A stretch of 64,000 nucleotides of DNA. Source: Octopus vulgaris (Eukaryota). Of the stretch, positions 14,410 through 27,270 are shown piece after piece (position 1 is the first letter of the stretch; every line of letters begins with the position of its first letter). The stretch lies in assembly GCA_951406725.2 (NCBI GenBank), contig OX597817.1:134912001-134976000 (forward strand). The letters run 5' to 3'. A model generated the notes under the pieces. It did not search any database. It was given only the letters and a program-made list of their open reading frames with translations, and was not told where the DNA came from. Made by a program: the position numbers and the translations under genes.

Positions 14410-14832
14410 TAGCATTTACTTGTTTCAGACCTGAGACTAAGGCCATGCTGGAGTACTGCCTAAAAGAACTTTTAATCGAATGAATCGACTCCAGAGAATT
14501 GTTAAGCCTGGTACTTATTGTATCAGGAATCTTTTGCCGATCCGCTAAATTGTGGGCACGTAAAATCACCAACGCCGGTTGTCAAGCAGTGGTGGATAAC
14601 AGACACAAGGACACAACACGCACACAAACACAAACACAAACACACACACACACACACACATATATAATACGATGGGCATCCTTTAGTTTCCGTCAACCAA
14701 ATCCACTCACAAGACTTTGGTTGGTCCGAGGCTGTAGTAGGGGACGCTTACACAAGGTGCCACGCAGGGGGAAGAAACAGGAAAACATGTAATTGGGAAG
14801 CGGACTTCTTACCACACAGCCACATCAGCGCC
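14410..14832 (-). mobile_element. SINE family A
   Basis: Reverse-complement match to 2147-2553. Confidence 0.85.
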
Positions 14833-15205
14833 TATATATATGTATATATATGTAAATATTTCATCTCATAAAAGTATATAAAATGAAATAAGTATGGCTT
14901 CACAACATGCCCCATGCTTTCGTAAATTGTTTTAGGGGCCTCTGCTGTCGCAGGTAGACACGGAGACTCTCTTGACTCTTGTAGAAAGATGTTACAGCTG
15001 CAGGAAGAGAGAGCGACACTAACACTCGACTCGTACTCGTCCCCAATTGAGTAGACTGGCACAATTTGAAATGGAGTGTCTTGCTCAAGGGGACATCGTG
15101 CTGCCCGGTCTAGGAATCGAACCCACGACATTATGGTTATGAGCTCAACCTAACACTAAGGTACTTGTCTACACAAAAATTGTGTGCTTAAAATTATAAA
15201 CGTAT

Positions 15206-15389
15206 AGGCACAGGAGTGACTGTGTGGTAAGAAGCTTGCTTCCCATCCACATGGTTCCGGGTTCAGTCCCACTGCGTAGCACCTTGGGCAAGAGTCTTTA
15301 TACTATAGCCTCGGGCCAACCGAAGCCTTGTGAGCGGATTTGGTAGACGAAAACTGAAAGAAGCCCGTCGTATATATATGTGTGTGCAT

Positions 15390-15441
<52 letters not shown>

Positions 15442-15900
15442 TTGTCCCCTCCACTCTCGCTTGACAACCGGTCTTGGTGTATATACGTTCCAATAACATA
15501 GTGGCTTCGCGAAAGAAACCGATAGAATATGTATTAGGCTTACTAAAAACAAATCCTGGGATTGATTTCTTCGACTAAAGGCGGTGCTCCAGCATGGCCG
15601 CAGTCAAGCGACTGAAACAAGTAAGAGAATATGAAACATATGTGTTTGTGTGCGTGTGTTTGTTTATTTGTTTGTTGGTTTGTCCTTGTGTCTGCGTTTG
15701 TCCCCTACCACTGCTTGACAACCAGTATTGGTGTGTTTACGTCCCCTTCATCTAGCGGTTCGACAAAAGACACCAATAGAACGAGCACCAGACGGGAAAC
15801 AAATAAGTCCTGCAGTCAATCCATTCGACTCAAAATTCTACAATGCGGTACTCCAGTATGGCCGCAGTCTACTGACTCTAACAAGTAAAAGATAAAAGAT
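15206..15900 (+). mobile_element. SINE family A, followed by an extra 3' half
   Basis: Match to 2147-2553; second tail at 15680-15900. Confidence 0.85.
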
Positions 15901-16099
15901 AAAACAATAACCAAATAAGCCAATCTCAAGCGGTTGTAGAGCTGTAATTTTTATTAAACGAAGAGACAGTGACTTCGAAGTTTTACCGAAAGTTTATCGG
16001 CGCGTCGATGGCAGAAAGGTTGGTGCGTCGATTAAAATTATTTCTTATGTATTTATGTCGTGTTGTGATCAGGAAAGTTTGTCTCTAACTTTCTCCTCT

Positions 16100-16545
16100 A
16101 TAATGGTTTCAAATTTTGCCACAGGGGCAGCCATTTTTGAGGGGACGGGATGTGACGATTAGGTCGACTCCAGTACGCAACTGGTACTTACTTGATCGAC
16201 CCCGAAAGTATGAAAGGCAAAATCGACTTTGGTGGAATATGAATTCAGAACGTCAAGCCGAACGAAATACCTCTAAGCATTTCGTCCAGCACGCTAACGA
16301 TTCTGGCCATCGTTATATTTCGCCATTATAGTCCTTTGTACTATAGGCACAAGGCCTGGAATTTGTGGGGAGGGGAATGGTCGATTAAATCAAACCCAGT
16401 ACTTGACTGGTACTTCATTTACCGACTCTGAAAGGATGAAAGGCAAAGTCAACCACGGTTCAATTTGAACCCAGACTCTAGCGACGGGAGAAATATCGCT
16501 AAGCATTTCGTCCAACGTGCTAGAAATTCTGCCAGCACGCCGCTT
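16100..16545 (-). mobile_element. Two tandem copies of SINE family C
   Basis: CGACCCCGAAAG.ATGAAAGGCAAA.TCGAC motif is shared with 31585-31995 and 56850-57070. Confidence 0.75.
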
Positions 16546-16619
16546 TTATCTTTCGCCTTTATAATGTCGAGAGAATGGTATAGAATCGGGAGCAGTACAA
16601 TTCATTGCACTTTAGCTTA

Positions 16620-16900
16620 CAGGCATGGCCGTAAAGTCGTGATTTCGATTCCAGGCCGTAAATCGTGTCCTTGAGCAAGATGCTTTATTTCACGTTGCTC
16701 CAGTCCACTCAGCTCGCAAAAATTAACATCTGTATTTCAAAAGGACCCCTTTGTCCCATTCCTTGTCATTCTGAATCTCCCTGGGGACTACATTAAGGCT
16801 GCGCGTCTGGGGAGTGCTTTACTACTTGCATGTTAATTTCACGGCTAAGCTCTTCGTTGGTCAGATCAAGTGGATCCCTCGTCGTCGTGAGCGACGGAAT
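16620..16900 (+). mobile_element. SINE family B (old copy)
   Basis: GATTTCGATTCC B-box and TGTCCTTGAGCAAG motif; body resembles 35557-35940. Confidence 0.75.
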
Positions 16901-17464
16901 ACCAGCAGACAGATTCTGCAACTGTGACAGAGTTTAATGACCGAAACTATAAGACAGTGGAAAGAAACCATGTTGCATTCATTTTGTGATACATCTATTT
17001 GCATGGAGATGTGGATATAACAATGGCGCAAACACATGCACACATGTGTATCCATTCATGTGGATGCATGTCTGTAAATACGAGTGTGTATGTATATATG
17101 TATGTATGCATGTAAGCACTTGTGTATGTATGTGTGTGTGCTTGTACGTATGTGTGTGCTTTCTGTGTGTATATATGTGTGTGTAATTGCATGCGTGTGT
17201 GTATGTGATTGTGTGTGTATGTGTATGTGCGTGTGCGTGTGTGTGTGTGTATGTGTGTGTGTGTGCGGAGATCGAAGATAACGATGACTTCTACTTTCGA
17301 ATAAATTAGCATAAATTAACCGATTATACTCCGCTAAACAGTCTAAAATATTATTCGTTGACATACGCAGACATGCAACCAACACACACGCACACACACA
17401 CAATATGCGCGTGCCTACACACACATACTTCCCAAAACACACACACACACACACAATTATTAAC

Positions 17465-17509
<45 letters not shown>

Positions 17510-17612
17510 CGTGTGTGTGTGCGTGTGCGTGTGTGTAAGTGTGTCTCTATATGCATGCATATGCCTGCATGCGTTATATGAGTGGATATTTCACTGTACC
17601 TTCTGTGCCTTC

Positions 17613-17646
<34 letters not shown>

Positions 17647-18190
17647 TGCGTGTGTGTGTGTGCGCGCGCGCGCGTGTGTGTGTGTGTGCGCGTGTGTGTG
17701 TGTGTGTGTGTGTGTGCGTATGTAATAGTGAAGGTATGCACGTGGATGACAATTACGGAGTGTGAGAAGTGCTGTGAAGCTGCTGCACTCTAAAAACACG
17801 ACTTCCCCCATTGCTATCACTTGACACCGGCTTGCAGTTCATCTTAGCAACGGTCTGAGTAGAAAGCTCTCACGTAATGAAAGTTGAAGAACACAAGACA
17901 TTGACATGAAGAGAACGATGTCAATGCCGTTGTGGAACTACGTGTGCTCAAAAATAGATGGAAGCTAATCTGGGTGCAGCATATTTGCATATTTGTTATT
18001 CATCCCTTTATACCCCACTCCCTCTCTCACATTCTCTTCTCCTTCTCTCTATTTCTCCTCCTTTCTCTCTAACTCTCTCTCTCACTCACTCACGAAGTTG
18101 CGTATACATATCCACATATACACACTCACATATGTAGTTTATTTATATAGGTCTTTACATAAACATGTGTGTATGTGTGTTTGTATAATG

Positions 18191-18222
<32 letters not shown>

Positions 18223-18468
18223 TGTGTGTATGTGTGTTTATAATGTATATATATATATATATATATATAAATATATATATATATACATATATGTGTGTAT
18301 ACGTGTGTGTGTGTGTGTAATCTATGTCTGTATGTATATCACGTGATCACTTGATCGCGTGACCGACCAGACCATCAGATGTTGCTACACATCGCTGGTC
18401 AGAATGCGCTTCGCATTGTTTTAGCCTTCGAATGACGCCACCCCGCTGGCTAAGTGAGCAGGCCAATC

Positions 18469-18531
<63 letters not shown>

Positions 18532-19204
18532 TTCGCCATGATAGATCGCTAGCCACCAAACATTTTCTATGTGTAAATATTAAACTATTTCTGGATAATT
18601 TCTTTTCCTCCCTCTATTGCGGTAAAACTTTGGTATATACTCAAAAGTATTCATAAATTTCTATCCTTTTGTTACAATATTCTTCTTAACAATCTTCTGA
18701 ATAACTTCAAACTTTAACTGTATACAATACAGCAACTTTGTTTAAGGTATTTAATTATAGTACTACATGATAAGATTTCCCGTTTCATTATCAATGGTTT
18801 GTTAGTCAGCTACTCATTGTCAGCTAACATCTTGTTTTAAGTTTTCCTTTACCAAACCTCATGATATTGCTTCTAATAAATCTTGATTTTTATGTCTATA
18901 CCAACTATGATGTCTGTCTGTTCCATCAGCCCTACCCCCTAACAGATACCGCCCTCTGTTCTCTCAGCCTTAGATATACAAGGGATTTGATAAACTAGTC
19001 TATAAATTAAAAGTGACCCCATAAAAACAAAAAATCAGTGAAAAGCAGAGTATGTAACAATGTATATCTTCTTGAAAACTTAGAAACTTCTATGCTGGAG
19101 TGAGACAGCATGTTCTTTGTCTATCTCCTTAACTTCTTGGAGATTTTAGTTATAATTATACTAGTGTGTCCTTCTGTTCTAATTTAATTAAATTCTATGT
19201 CTTT

Positions 19205-19293
19205 GTGCAGTTGAAGATTGCTCTGCATTTTAAATTGATGTAATGATTGCATTGTTCAATTAAGTGGAATTGCATGAAACGATCGTACTGCAT
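19205..19293 (+). ncRNA. Hammerhead-like motif (variant core) in a Penelope-type end
   Basis: GTGCAG-TTGAAGA-TTGC...GCAT-GAAAC-GATC-GTA-CTGCAT. The downstream TTGCTGCTTATT.TGAT is shared with the copy at 50930. Confidence 0.65.
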
Positions 19294-19322
19294 TACCTCT
19301 GGATATTCTTTGCTGCTTATTT

Positions 19323-19393
<71 letters not shown>

Positions 19394-19699
19394 TATATGT
19401 ATGTGTGTGTGTGTGTGTGTGTCTTGGGTGCTTACAGGTAACAAAACAAAGAATAATATTAAGTCGTCAATGTTGAGCAGTGCTCCCCCTTACGATATTG
19501 GGAAGACTAAATGTGAACTTCGCCTGACCATTGTTCATATTTACGTCAGAGAATAACATCCAGAATAAATGGCTTGAACTCTCGGTAAGACGCAAGCATT
19601 TTTACCACAAAGTCTTTAGGTCATTCCCTCTTTAATTAATCCTATGAACAAATGAGTAAAATAACAGCCGCACACCTTCCTAGTCTAATAGTATAGAAA

Positions 19700-21420
19700 A
19701 AATACCTACCTAAATTAAATGGTAATTGTCAATTTTCTTAATTGTTTTAATTACAGATTTCTTTTCCCTGACCCTTTTCTATCGAGTCATTTGATTGGAA
19801 CATACCAATTTTATTATTTCTATTATCCATTCCCTTATTTTCCTAATTCATTTTCATTTTGTTTTTATTTCTTTTTTTTCTTCTGTTTTGCTTTCACTTT
19901 AGTTTTCTTTAGGCTTTCTCTTCTTCCCTTCGTACTTGTTTAATTTACTCTTCCACCCAATTTAAGAACACTATCTTCACCACACTCTTGCAGCTGCACC
20001 AATGATACCTAGTCCTCGAAATCAGGTTAGACGTGGTTTTAGTCTTACTGTTACTTTATCTGTTACAGTTATGTATTCATAATCCCTGATTATTGGTTCT
20101 AACTATTTCTCTTAACTGTTTTGTACATATATCAACTCCTGATAATTAATTAGATAGATTTTTATACTTCTGGTTTAAAATAATTAGCAATACGATATAT
20201 ATAGACACAAACCAGTTTGTCATCAGATTTTCAAAAGTGTATGCTATGTAGAGCTGTATCGCAAATTGGGTCCTTTGTAGCCCGCGTTGTATACTTCATT
20301 TATTTAATATACCATTTTATTTCCCTTCCTCTCGATTCTGCTTTTAACTAGATGTGCCTCGTCAATTACGTGACACGTTTCCTTCTTGCGACCGACTAAA
20401 ATATTCTTCATCTTCTCTTCTCATTTTGCTTTGTCTAAGAAAGCCACATGACCACCAACAATTACTAGGGTTATTATTCCTGTTCCTGCAAAATACTCGT
20501 AGAAATTTTCAGTGGAAGCAAGATCTGAACTCCTGCAAAAATTCCTGGCATATATTGTAGCCATGTTATCATAACCACGTTTTATATTTATTTCGATCTA
20601 AATGTGAGCATTCTGTCCAATGTGAACTATAATCTCAATTTTATCTTCACAAAATCTAGATTTCAGCAAAAACTCCTGCTTATCAGTTATTTTCTGTCCT
20701 TAATCCAATTTGCCCAGAGGAGTCTCAGTTCCTAAGCCGCTAAAATCGTTCCCACGATCTTTTTCATCAAAACACCTTCTTTTAGTCAAAGCCAGCCTCT
20801 CTTTGTCATGTTCTATCTCTCTCGTCTTTTTGGAAAATTTCTGAAAGAAGATTGTTTTCGTTTTTGTGTTGTTTTTTTTTTATTATTATTTTGTTTTTCT
20901 TTCTCCTTCGAAGATTGATATTCTTGCTTTTCACATTTTCGTAGGTCTTTTTTCTCTCCTTTGGGCTCTGCTATCTCTATAAACAGCTCTTCATTTATCA
21001 CCTCCTCGAGGAGACTAACTTTTTCTCTTCTCGATAATATCCAAGACATATTCTCTCCACTTCGACCACCTCTTAAATACTCGTTAACTCTCTTCCTTCT
21101 GTTCTTTTCCAGTATAATCGATCCACATCTAATTGGAGATACATGCTTCAGTGGTTCTTGCGCTGCTTCTTCGTCTTCTTGTCACGATCCTTTATCCTTG
21201 CTTCGAACTTTATTAGGGATATCGCCCTCAAGCTAATTGCATTCAAATATCTCCTTAAATTCCACGAAAATATTCTTCGCTAAAGAATCCATTTCTATTC
21301 TCTGGATTTTATCACTTCTGCGTTAAGGATTCTTTACTCTCCAATTCGAATCCACTTTTTTTAATCGAATCGGGTGGATAATACTATTTCTGATTAGATT
21401 CTATGATGCATTTGGACCGC
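19700..21420 (-). mobile_element. Highly decayed retroelement remnant (gag-like, charged, possible zinc knuckle)
   Basis: Purine-rich, Glu/Lys-rich broken frames on the minus strand, with a possible CWSCG remnant near 20450. Confidence 0.3.
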
Positions 21421-21499
21421 AACGTAGTTCTTGTTTCACAATCCTTCTCTCAACCATCCAATGGTTTATTCTTTGTATAGTTTTGTGTGTGTGTTTCTC

Positions 21500-21772
21500 T
21501 GTTACATAACTCTCGTTCACGCTGTCCAGCGTCACCTTACGTAGAAAAGTGGGCGAATGGAGTGAGAAAGGCGCAAGTGAATGGACCGACCGAAAGCGTG
21601 TTTCTGTAGGTTAAAAATTACGGACGAGAGAAGAACACTTGTCATGGTGCTCCTGAAGAACAGGGTGACTCGGAATTCCCTAGAAGTCCCCGTGTATGAG
21701 GGTGGGGGTTGCGTGATCACCGTTAACATCCTGTTAATATTTATGTAAGTATTACTTATTATATATACAACA
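21500..21772 (-). mobile_element. Putative 3' LTR of the Gypsy element
   Basis: Bounded by TGTT...AACA and lies just downstream of integrase. A purine-rich stretch (AAAGCAAGAAA on the minus strand) precedes it. Confidence 0.65.
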
Positions 21773-24230
21773 ATACATTTCTTGCTTTAAGTAGGGACAA
21801 CGGGCTGACTCCTCACCTAGTACTCAAACGTGGATTTTAGATTCACCTTCTGACAAATCCCTTGTCATCAATGGCGAACTTTTTCTCCATATTCTTCCAC
21901 CAGAATTTCGTTTCTTGTGACCATTTCCTCAGTAAACCATTTTTAATTAGATTTATATGTCTTTTATGTTCGCATTTGAGACCTTTTACCAAAAATGACA
22001 CTTTGCCAATCTGTTTAGTAATCACTCTATCTTCTCATATTTCTTTACTGTTTTTATACATTTTGAAGAAAACTTTGTCACCAATTTTGAAAAGTTTTGA
22101 TTTATATTTATTGTCCAATTTTTTTTTTCGTTTTTTTACCCGATAACAACATATCGAACACGGAGCTTATCTTCCAAACGAACATTAATTCTGCAGGTGA
22201 CTTTCCAGACGGAGTTTTGGGATTTGGTTTCGCTCGATATATCTTTAAAAACTGTTGAAGTGCTAGGTCATCCATTATCCCGTTGTTCAACTTCTTTTGA
22301 CCTAGGATGATACGGCGAATGGTCACATGTTTGATAGAGAGCGTTTTACGGAATTTTTAAAACTAATCTGCAATAATCTGAGTTCCAGTGTCTGTCACAA
22401 TTGTGTCAGGAATACCATATCTGGCGAACAGTTCGTGTAAAAAACTTACTGTAACCGAGAATGTCGGTTCTTTATGTACTTCAGCCCTCTTAGAAAAACT
22501 GTCCATCACAACAAAGTCATGGAAACCGTTAAGCAGACTTGCGATATCAACATGTTGTTTGCACCATTGGATATCTGTTTTTGGCCACAGATGCCATCTT
22601 GTTGTCGGTGATTTTATTGCTAGAGAACAGCCTCTGCATACTTTCACTAGTTCTTCGATCTCTCCGTTCATTCTTGGCCAATACACATAGCTTATCAACG
22701 ATTTCATTCTTGAAATCCCCTTGTAACCAGTGTGAAATTCTTTCAGTATTCGTTTTTGTAGAATGGACGGTACTACCACACTTGGTGTGCATTAGCACGT
22801 TGTCACAAATGGAGAACAGGTTTGAATTCGTGTTGCGTTCTGTAAAACACATATTTTTGTCTCTTTTTTCGGCACACAGATTTCCTTTCTTTTTATTAAT
22901 AATTTCGTCATTTAGTTTAATGTGACAGCTAATTCTCGTACAACATTGCATAAAATATTTTTCGTTTCGTTTTCTGTTCGCAATACTGCAGTCACAGTGT
23001 CCTCAGACGGTTCAGTAATTTTTTGGCATCAACCTCGATAAACAATCAGCGACTTTTAATTTCTTGGATGGTATAAACTCTATCTGAAAATCGTAATTTA
23101 GTAATTTTTTTTTTTCTTCGACCCATATATAGATAATAGCAGGCGATGGTCAGTCTGTAGTCAAAAACGTCTACCGTGTAAGAATCTATGATTTTTTTTA
23201 CAGCGAAAATAATCGCTAGAGCTTCTTATTCAATTTGGCTGTAATTTTTCTCTGCTACTAGCAGAGAACGCGAGGCATGGGCCACGGCCTTCATGTTACC
23301 ATCCTCGTATTTATGTAGAATTACTGATCCGATACCGTACTCTTTGGCATCTGAATCTAATACAATCTCCAATGCAGGATCGATATGGGCTAAAGACAAA
23401 TCTGACGTTAATGTCTTTTTAATTTCGTCGAACGCCTTCAGACAATTTTTCAGACCAATTCCGCTTTACATCTTTTTTAGTAAATTATTTAGTGGAGCTC
23501 TTAACTTGTACATGTTTGGTATATAAATCTGATAATAGTTTGCAAGTCCCAAAAACGCTTTTAAGGTAGATATATTTGTCAAAAAGGGCATAATTTTTAT
23601 CGCATCTACAATCAACGGACCTTGTTGAAGGCTATTTTTATCAATAATTTGTCCCAAGTACTTAATTTTAGGCAAGAACAATTCGCATTTCTCCTCACCC
23701 AGTTTGAAACCGAAATCTTTTATAGTAAAGATTATTTGGCAACATAACATGCCAGTCCTGGTTTAGGACGAATGTTGCTATAATTTAGCCTCAGGACACA
23801 ATATCCCCTGCTGGCTATACAACACGATCTCTCCCGAGACTAAATTACAGCAGAATTCGTTCTAAACTAGGACTGCCATGATATGTTGGCAAATAATCTT
23901 TACTCCAAAGTACTGTTACTAAATAGGTCTCGTTGGGAGATTTACAAATAGTAATTTTCGTAATCTTTTATTTTTTCAAAAACACATTTCACATACTCGG
24001 CATGCTGATCACAGGATTCACTTTTAATTAATATATTTTCCAGGAAGGCCACGCGAAGTCAAACTCTGCAAGCATCGCATCCATCACTTGCCGGAAAATA
24101 GCCGGAGCAACTTTTATACCAAACGGGAACCGGTTAAATTTGTACAAACGTTTATAGGTGTTAATTGTTAGCAGCTTAGTACATTCGTCTTCCACTTGTA
24201 CTTGTAAGTAAGCGTCAGAAAGATGTTTAC
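21773..24230 (-). pseudogene. Ty3/Gypsy pol remnant (RT, RNase H, integrase)
   Basis: LSDAYLQVQV..INTYKRLYKFNRFPFGIKVAPAIF (RT); KIKYLGQII and AFLGLANYY; VLDSDAKEYGIG (RNase H); ILKEFHTG..GISRMKSL..YVYWP..C..C and LFARYGIPDTIVTDTGTQ (integrase). Many stops and frameshifts. Confidence 0.92.
23724..23958. mobile_element. Foldback insertion inside Gypsy RT
   Basis: About 70-bp imperfect inverted arms (23724-23795 and 23833-23904) plus a 54-bp tail. Flanked by CGAAATCTTTTAT and CGTAATCTTTTAT. Confidence 0.75.
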
Positions 24231-24491
24231 TTACAAACCGACATAAGTTGAAATGACACGGTAAACCAACACGTTCGAACTAACACCGTCAACTAGCCCC
24301 CACTGACGGTTCACTCAGTTCTTCTCTATTATAATCGGTTAGTCCACCTTAAGTCACATATTGGTATTCAGGATTCACCTGGAGTACAATGTAAATCATA
24401 AGAATTCTTGACCTGGTGTAGTTTTATCTGCAGAGACCATAACAAGTATTTTGCATGGATTGCTGTCCATTCTGTATCCTACTTCTGTTTC

Positions 24492-24601
<110 letters not shown>

Positions 24602-24770
24602 GTGCTAATACAAGCAAATAATAGTAGAGGGGAAAATAAATGTAGTTGAAAATGCAGAGAATATATGAGCAATTATTCAAATTTTAAAATATAAACATAT
24701 AGGCGCAGGAGTGGCTGCGCGGTAAGTAGCTTGCTTACCTCATTGCTACCTCATTGCGCATGTGCGAATT

Positions 24771-24804
24771 AGAGTTGTGTTTGACACCGAAGATGTAAGA
24801 CGTG
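24771..24804 (+). promoter_or_regulatory. Internal Pol II promoter-like Inr+DPE
   Basis: AGACGTG at 24798-24804 is at +28..+34 if the A at 24771 (TTAGAGTT) is +1, the spacing known for non-LTR internal promoters. Confidence 0.45.
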
Positions 24805-25305
24805 TTTTTGAAAGCCGTCTTAAATTGAAGACTTTTGAAACTCAGCCTTAAGGTAAAAATCTTTGGGGTCTAGTGGGGACCTGTTGTATGTCGCAAATTA
24901 TTTTTACAAACAAGAAGTTCTCACTAGACTCTAGTCTACCTGAGGCTGAGTGAAAATATTATTCATTTAATTGTGAAAATTATTGGTTTGGTGGGCGTAT
25001 CCTGCCAAACTTTTTGTTTGAAAATAGTGCTGTTCCTGTTAAGGAGTACCTAAAAGAAAATTGGAATGATTTTTTAACTGATTTACAATTGTGTTAACTT
25101 TTGACCTGGAGTACCAAGTGGCTTTTGCTGTATTTTGAACTGTTGCTCTCCCTTCTTCTATCTTTGATTTAAAAAAAAACTTTATGGAACTGTTGATTTT
25201 TTTTCTCTTTCCTTCCTTTTGTTTGGACTTTATTCATCTTCCTTCTTTTTCTTTAATTAATTTATATTTTAACAACTGTATTTTTGGACTCTTTTAAAAA
25301 AGAAC

Positions 25306-26571
25306 ATGGCAAATAACAATGAAAAGTTGGTGGAGTGGGAAATTACACCACCCAAAAAATGGTTAAAAGAACCTGAAAGTAAGACGGTGGTTTTGAGGAC
25401 CTACTCTAGGCCCCTCGACGCCATTGCCGTTTTCAGAAAGGATATAATCGAAAGAGAGCTGGCAGAATTTAAGCCAGCGATTAAGTTTATCACTCGTGGG
25501 GTTGAATACACAACTGTGTGGTTACTCTTTGACTCCCCAGAAGTGGCCTGTGAATTTGCAAGTCAGCTCCTGGAAGGTAATGAAATTTTGCTTCTTTCCA
25601 GTTATTGTGGAGAAAAGTTTGACGAGGGCTTGGGTTTGCGGCTTGCCACCCAGAGTTCAGCCCCAGTGCATAGGAGATACTATCCGCCGGGGTCTGGGTG
25701 GCAGTAGCACCAAGCTCCTCAGAGTAAATATTCTGCCTACAGCTGACTAGGAGGGGTCAAAAGCTGTTTTGACTCTATGGACCCAGTCAGCCGAAAGTCT
25801 GGTATTTCCAGACATTTTGAGAATGGCCGCGTCTAAGTATCCGGTGATTCTTGGGGGATGCCCCCCCCCCCCCACAAGTGTCATCGGTGCTTGAAGCCTG
25901 GCCATATAAAAAAGAATAGTTCTCAAGGGCAAAGCAAAGTCCCGGAGCGGTTGACAGAGACCTCTGTAGAAGAAGGAATGAAGGCGGCCGAAGAGACGGA
26001 GGACTCCTCAAAGAAGAGCCGCAAAAGGCGGAAGGAGAGCAATAATGGGTGCTCACCGAAGGATCCTGGGGATGAGAGAGGGGATGCGAATCTCCAGGTC
26101 ACGGAGAAGATGCACCCTCCCCCAGTCGAGAAGAAAAAAAGAGGAAGAGGAGAAACGGGACATTGCCGGCAGTCGGACACATGACGCCGGAGTGTCACGG
26201 AGCCTTGTCGGTTGTGCCACCGGGGGGGGGGGGGCACCAATGGCGGGAGTTGTGCCGCCAGCGGTAGAATTAACTTACCCAGCCCCGATTGACCAGAAAC
26301 CGTTGGTCTTCTTTTATAGAGGCGGAAGGTGGAAAAGATGGTGAAAGAACAATACGAGGGAATACCTTTGGTCTTCACACGAGACCCCGAATGGCCTCCG
26401 CAGATAGCTGTGGAGGTCATAACGTTACGCCTGTTTATGATGCTGGACGGACTAAAAGAAGAATATCGCTCGTGGCCGGGTAACGCCAACTCGGACCCCA
26501 CCGTGATTTTAAACGAAGCATGGGTTATGGCGGAGTACACGGTCACAAGCGATTATGAGGTGGAAAATTGA
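25306..26571 (+). pseudogene. Non-LTR ORF1/gag-like nucleic-acid-binding protein (CCHC knuckle), frameshifted
   Basis: ORFs 25306..25707, 25496..25750, 25858..26184 and 26329..26571 appear to join through frameshifts, some at homopolymer runs. Confidence 0.65.
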
Positions 26572-27010
26572 CAAGAGGTTGAAAAACCTCAGTGTTATAA
26601 TGTGTAAGGGGTTCAGCGCCTCATTTGTAAATGGACTAGTGTTGATTGTATATTGAATATTTTTGCATGTTAATATTTGTAATGGACTATTGAGTCCAAA
26701 AACTGTAAAAACTGATGTTAGAGGTTCAATACCTCGCTTTATTTATTCTGTTTAAAAAAAAAAAGAACAATGTTTTAGAGAAGAAGAAAATCAGCGCGCG
26801 TTTTTGCCTTCTCTCATCAATACCATCCTTATTTCATCACTTACCTCATCAATGTATATGTCCAGCCCGCAGCTACTCTTTGTAATGCCTTTATGACAAA
26901 TTTTTATGAAATAAAGTATCTTGCTTACCAACGACATGTATGTATGTATGTATGTATGTATGTATGTATGTATGTATGTATGTATGTATGTATGTATGTA
27001 TGTATGTATG

Positions 27011-27063
<53 letters not shown>

Positions 27064-27079
27064 GCATGTGTATATGATT

Positions 27080-27270
27080 GTGTGTCTGTGTTTGTCCCCC
27101 CAACTTCGCTTGACAACCGATGCTGGTGTGTTTAAGTCCCCGTAACCTAGCGGTTCGGCAATAGAAGCCGATATAACTAGTCCTAGGCATACAAAGAATA
27201 AGTCCTGGAGTCGATTTGTTCGACTAAAGGTAGTGCTCCAGCATGGCCACAAATAAAAGTATAAAGGAAT
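27080..27270 (+). mobile_element. SINE family A, 3' half
   Basis: GCTTGACAACCGATGCTGGTGTG...GTGCTCCAGCATGGCC. Confidence 0.8.

Larger units (their letters stand above)
24771..26764 (+). mobile_element. Tx1/L1-like element carrying only a decayed ORF1 (HAL1-like)
   Basis: T-rich 5' UTR; broken ORF 25306-26571 with AWVCGLPP and knuckle CHRCLKPGHIKKNS; short 3' UTR and an A-run at 26754-26764. No endonuclease or RT is present. Confidence 0.65.
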
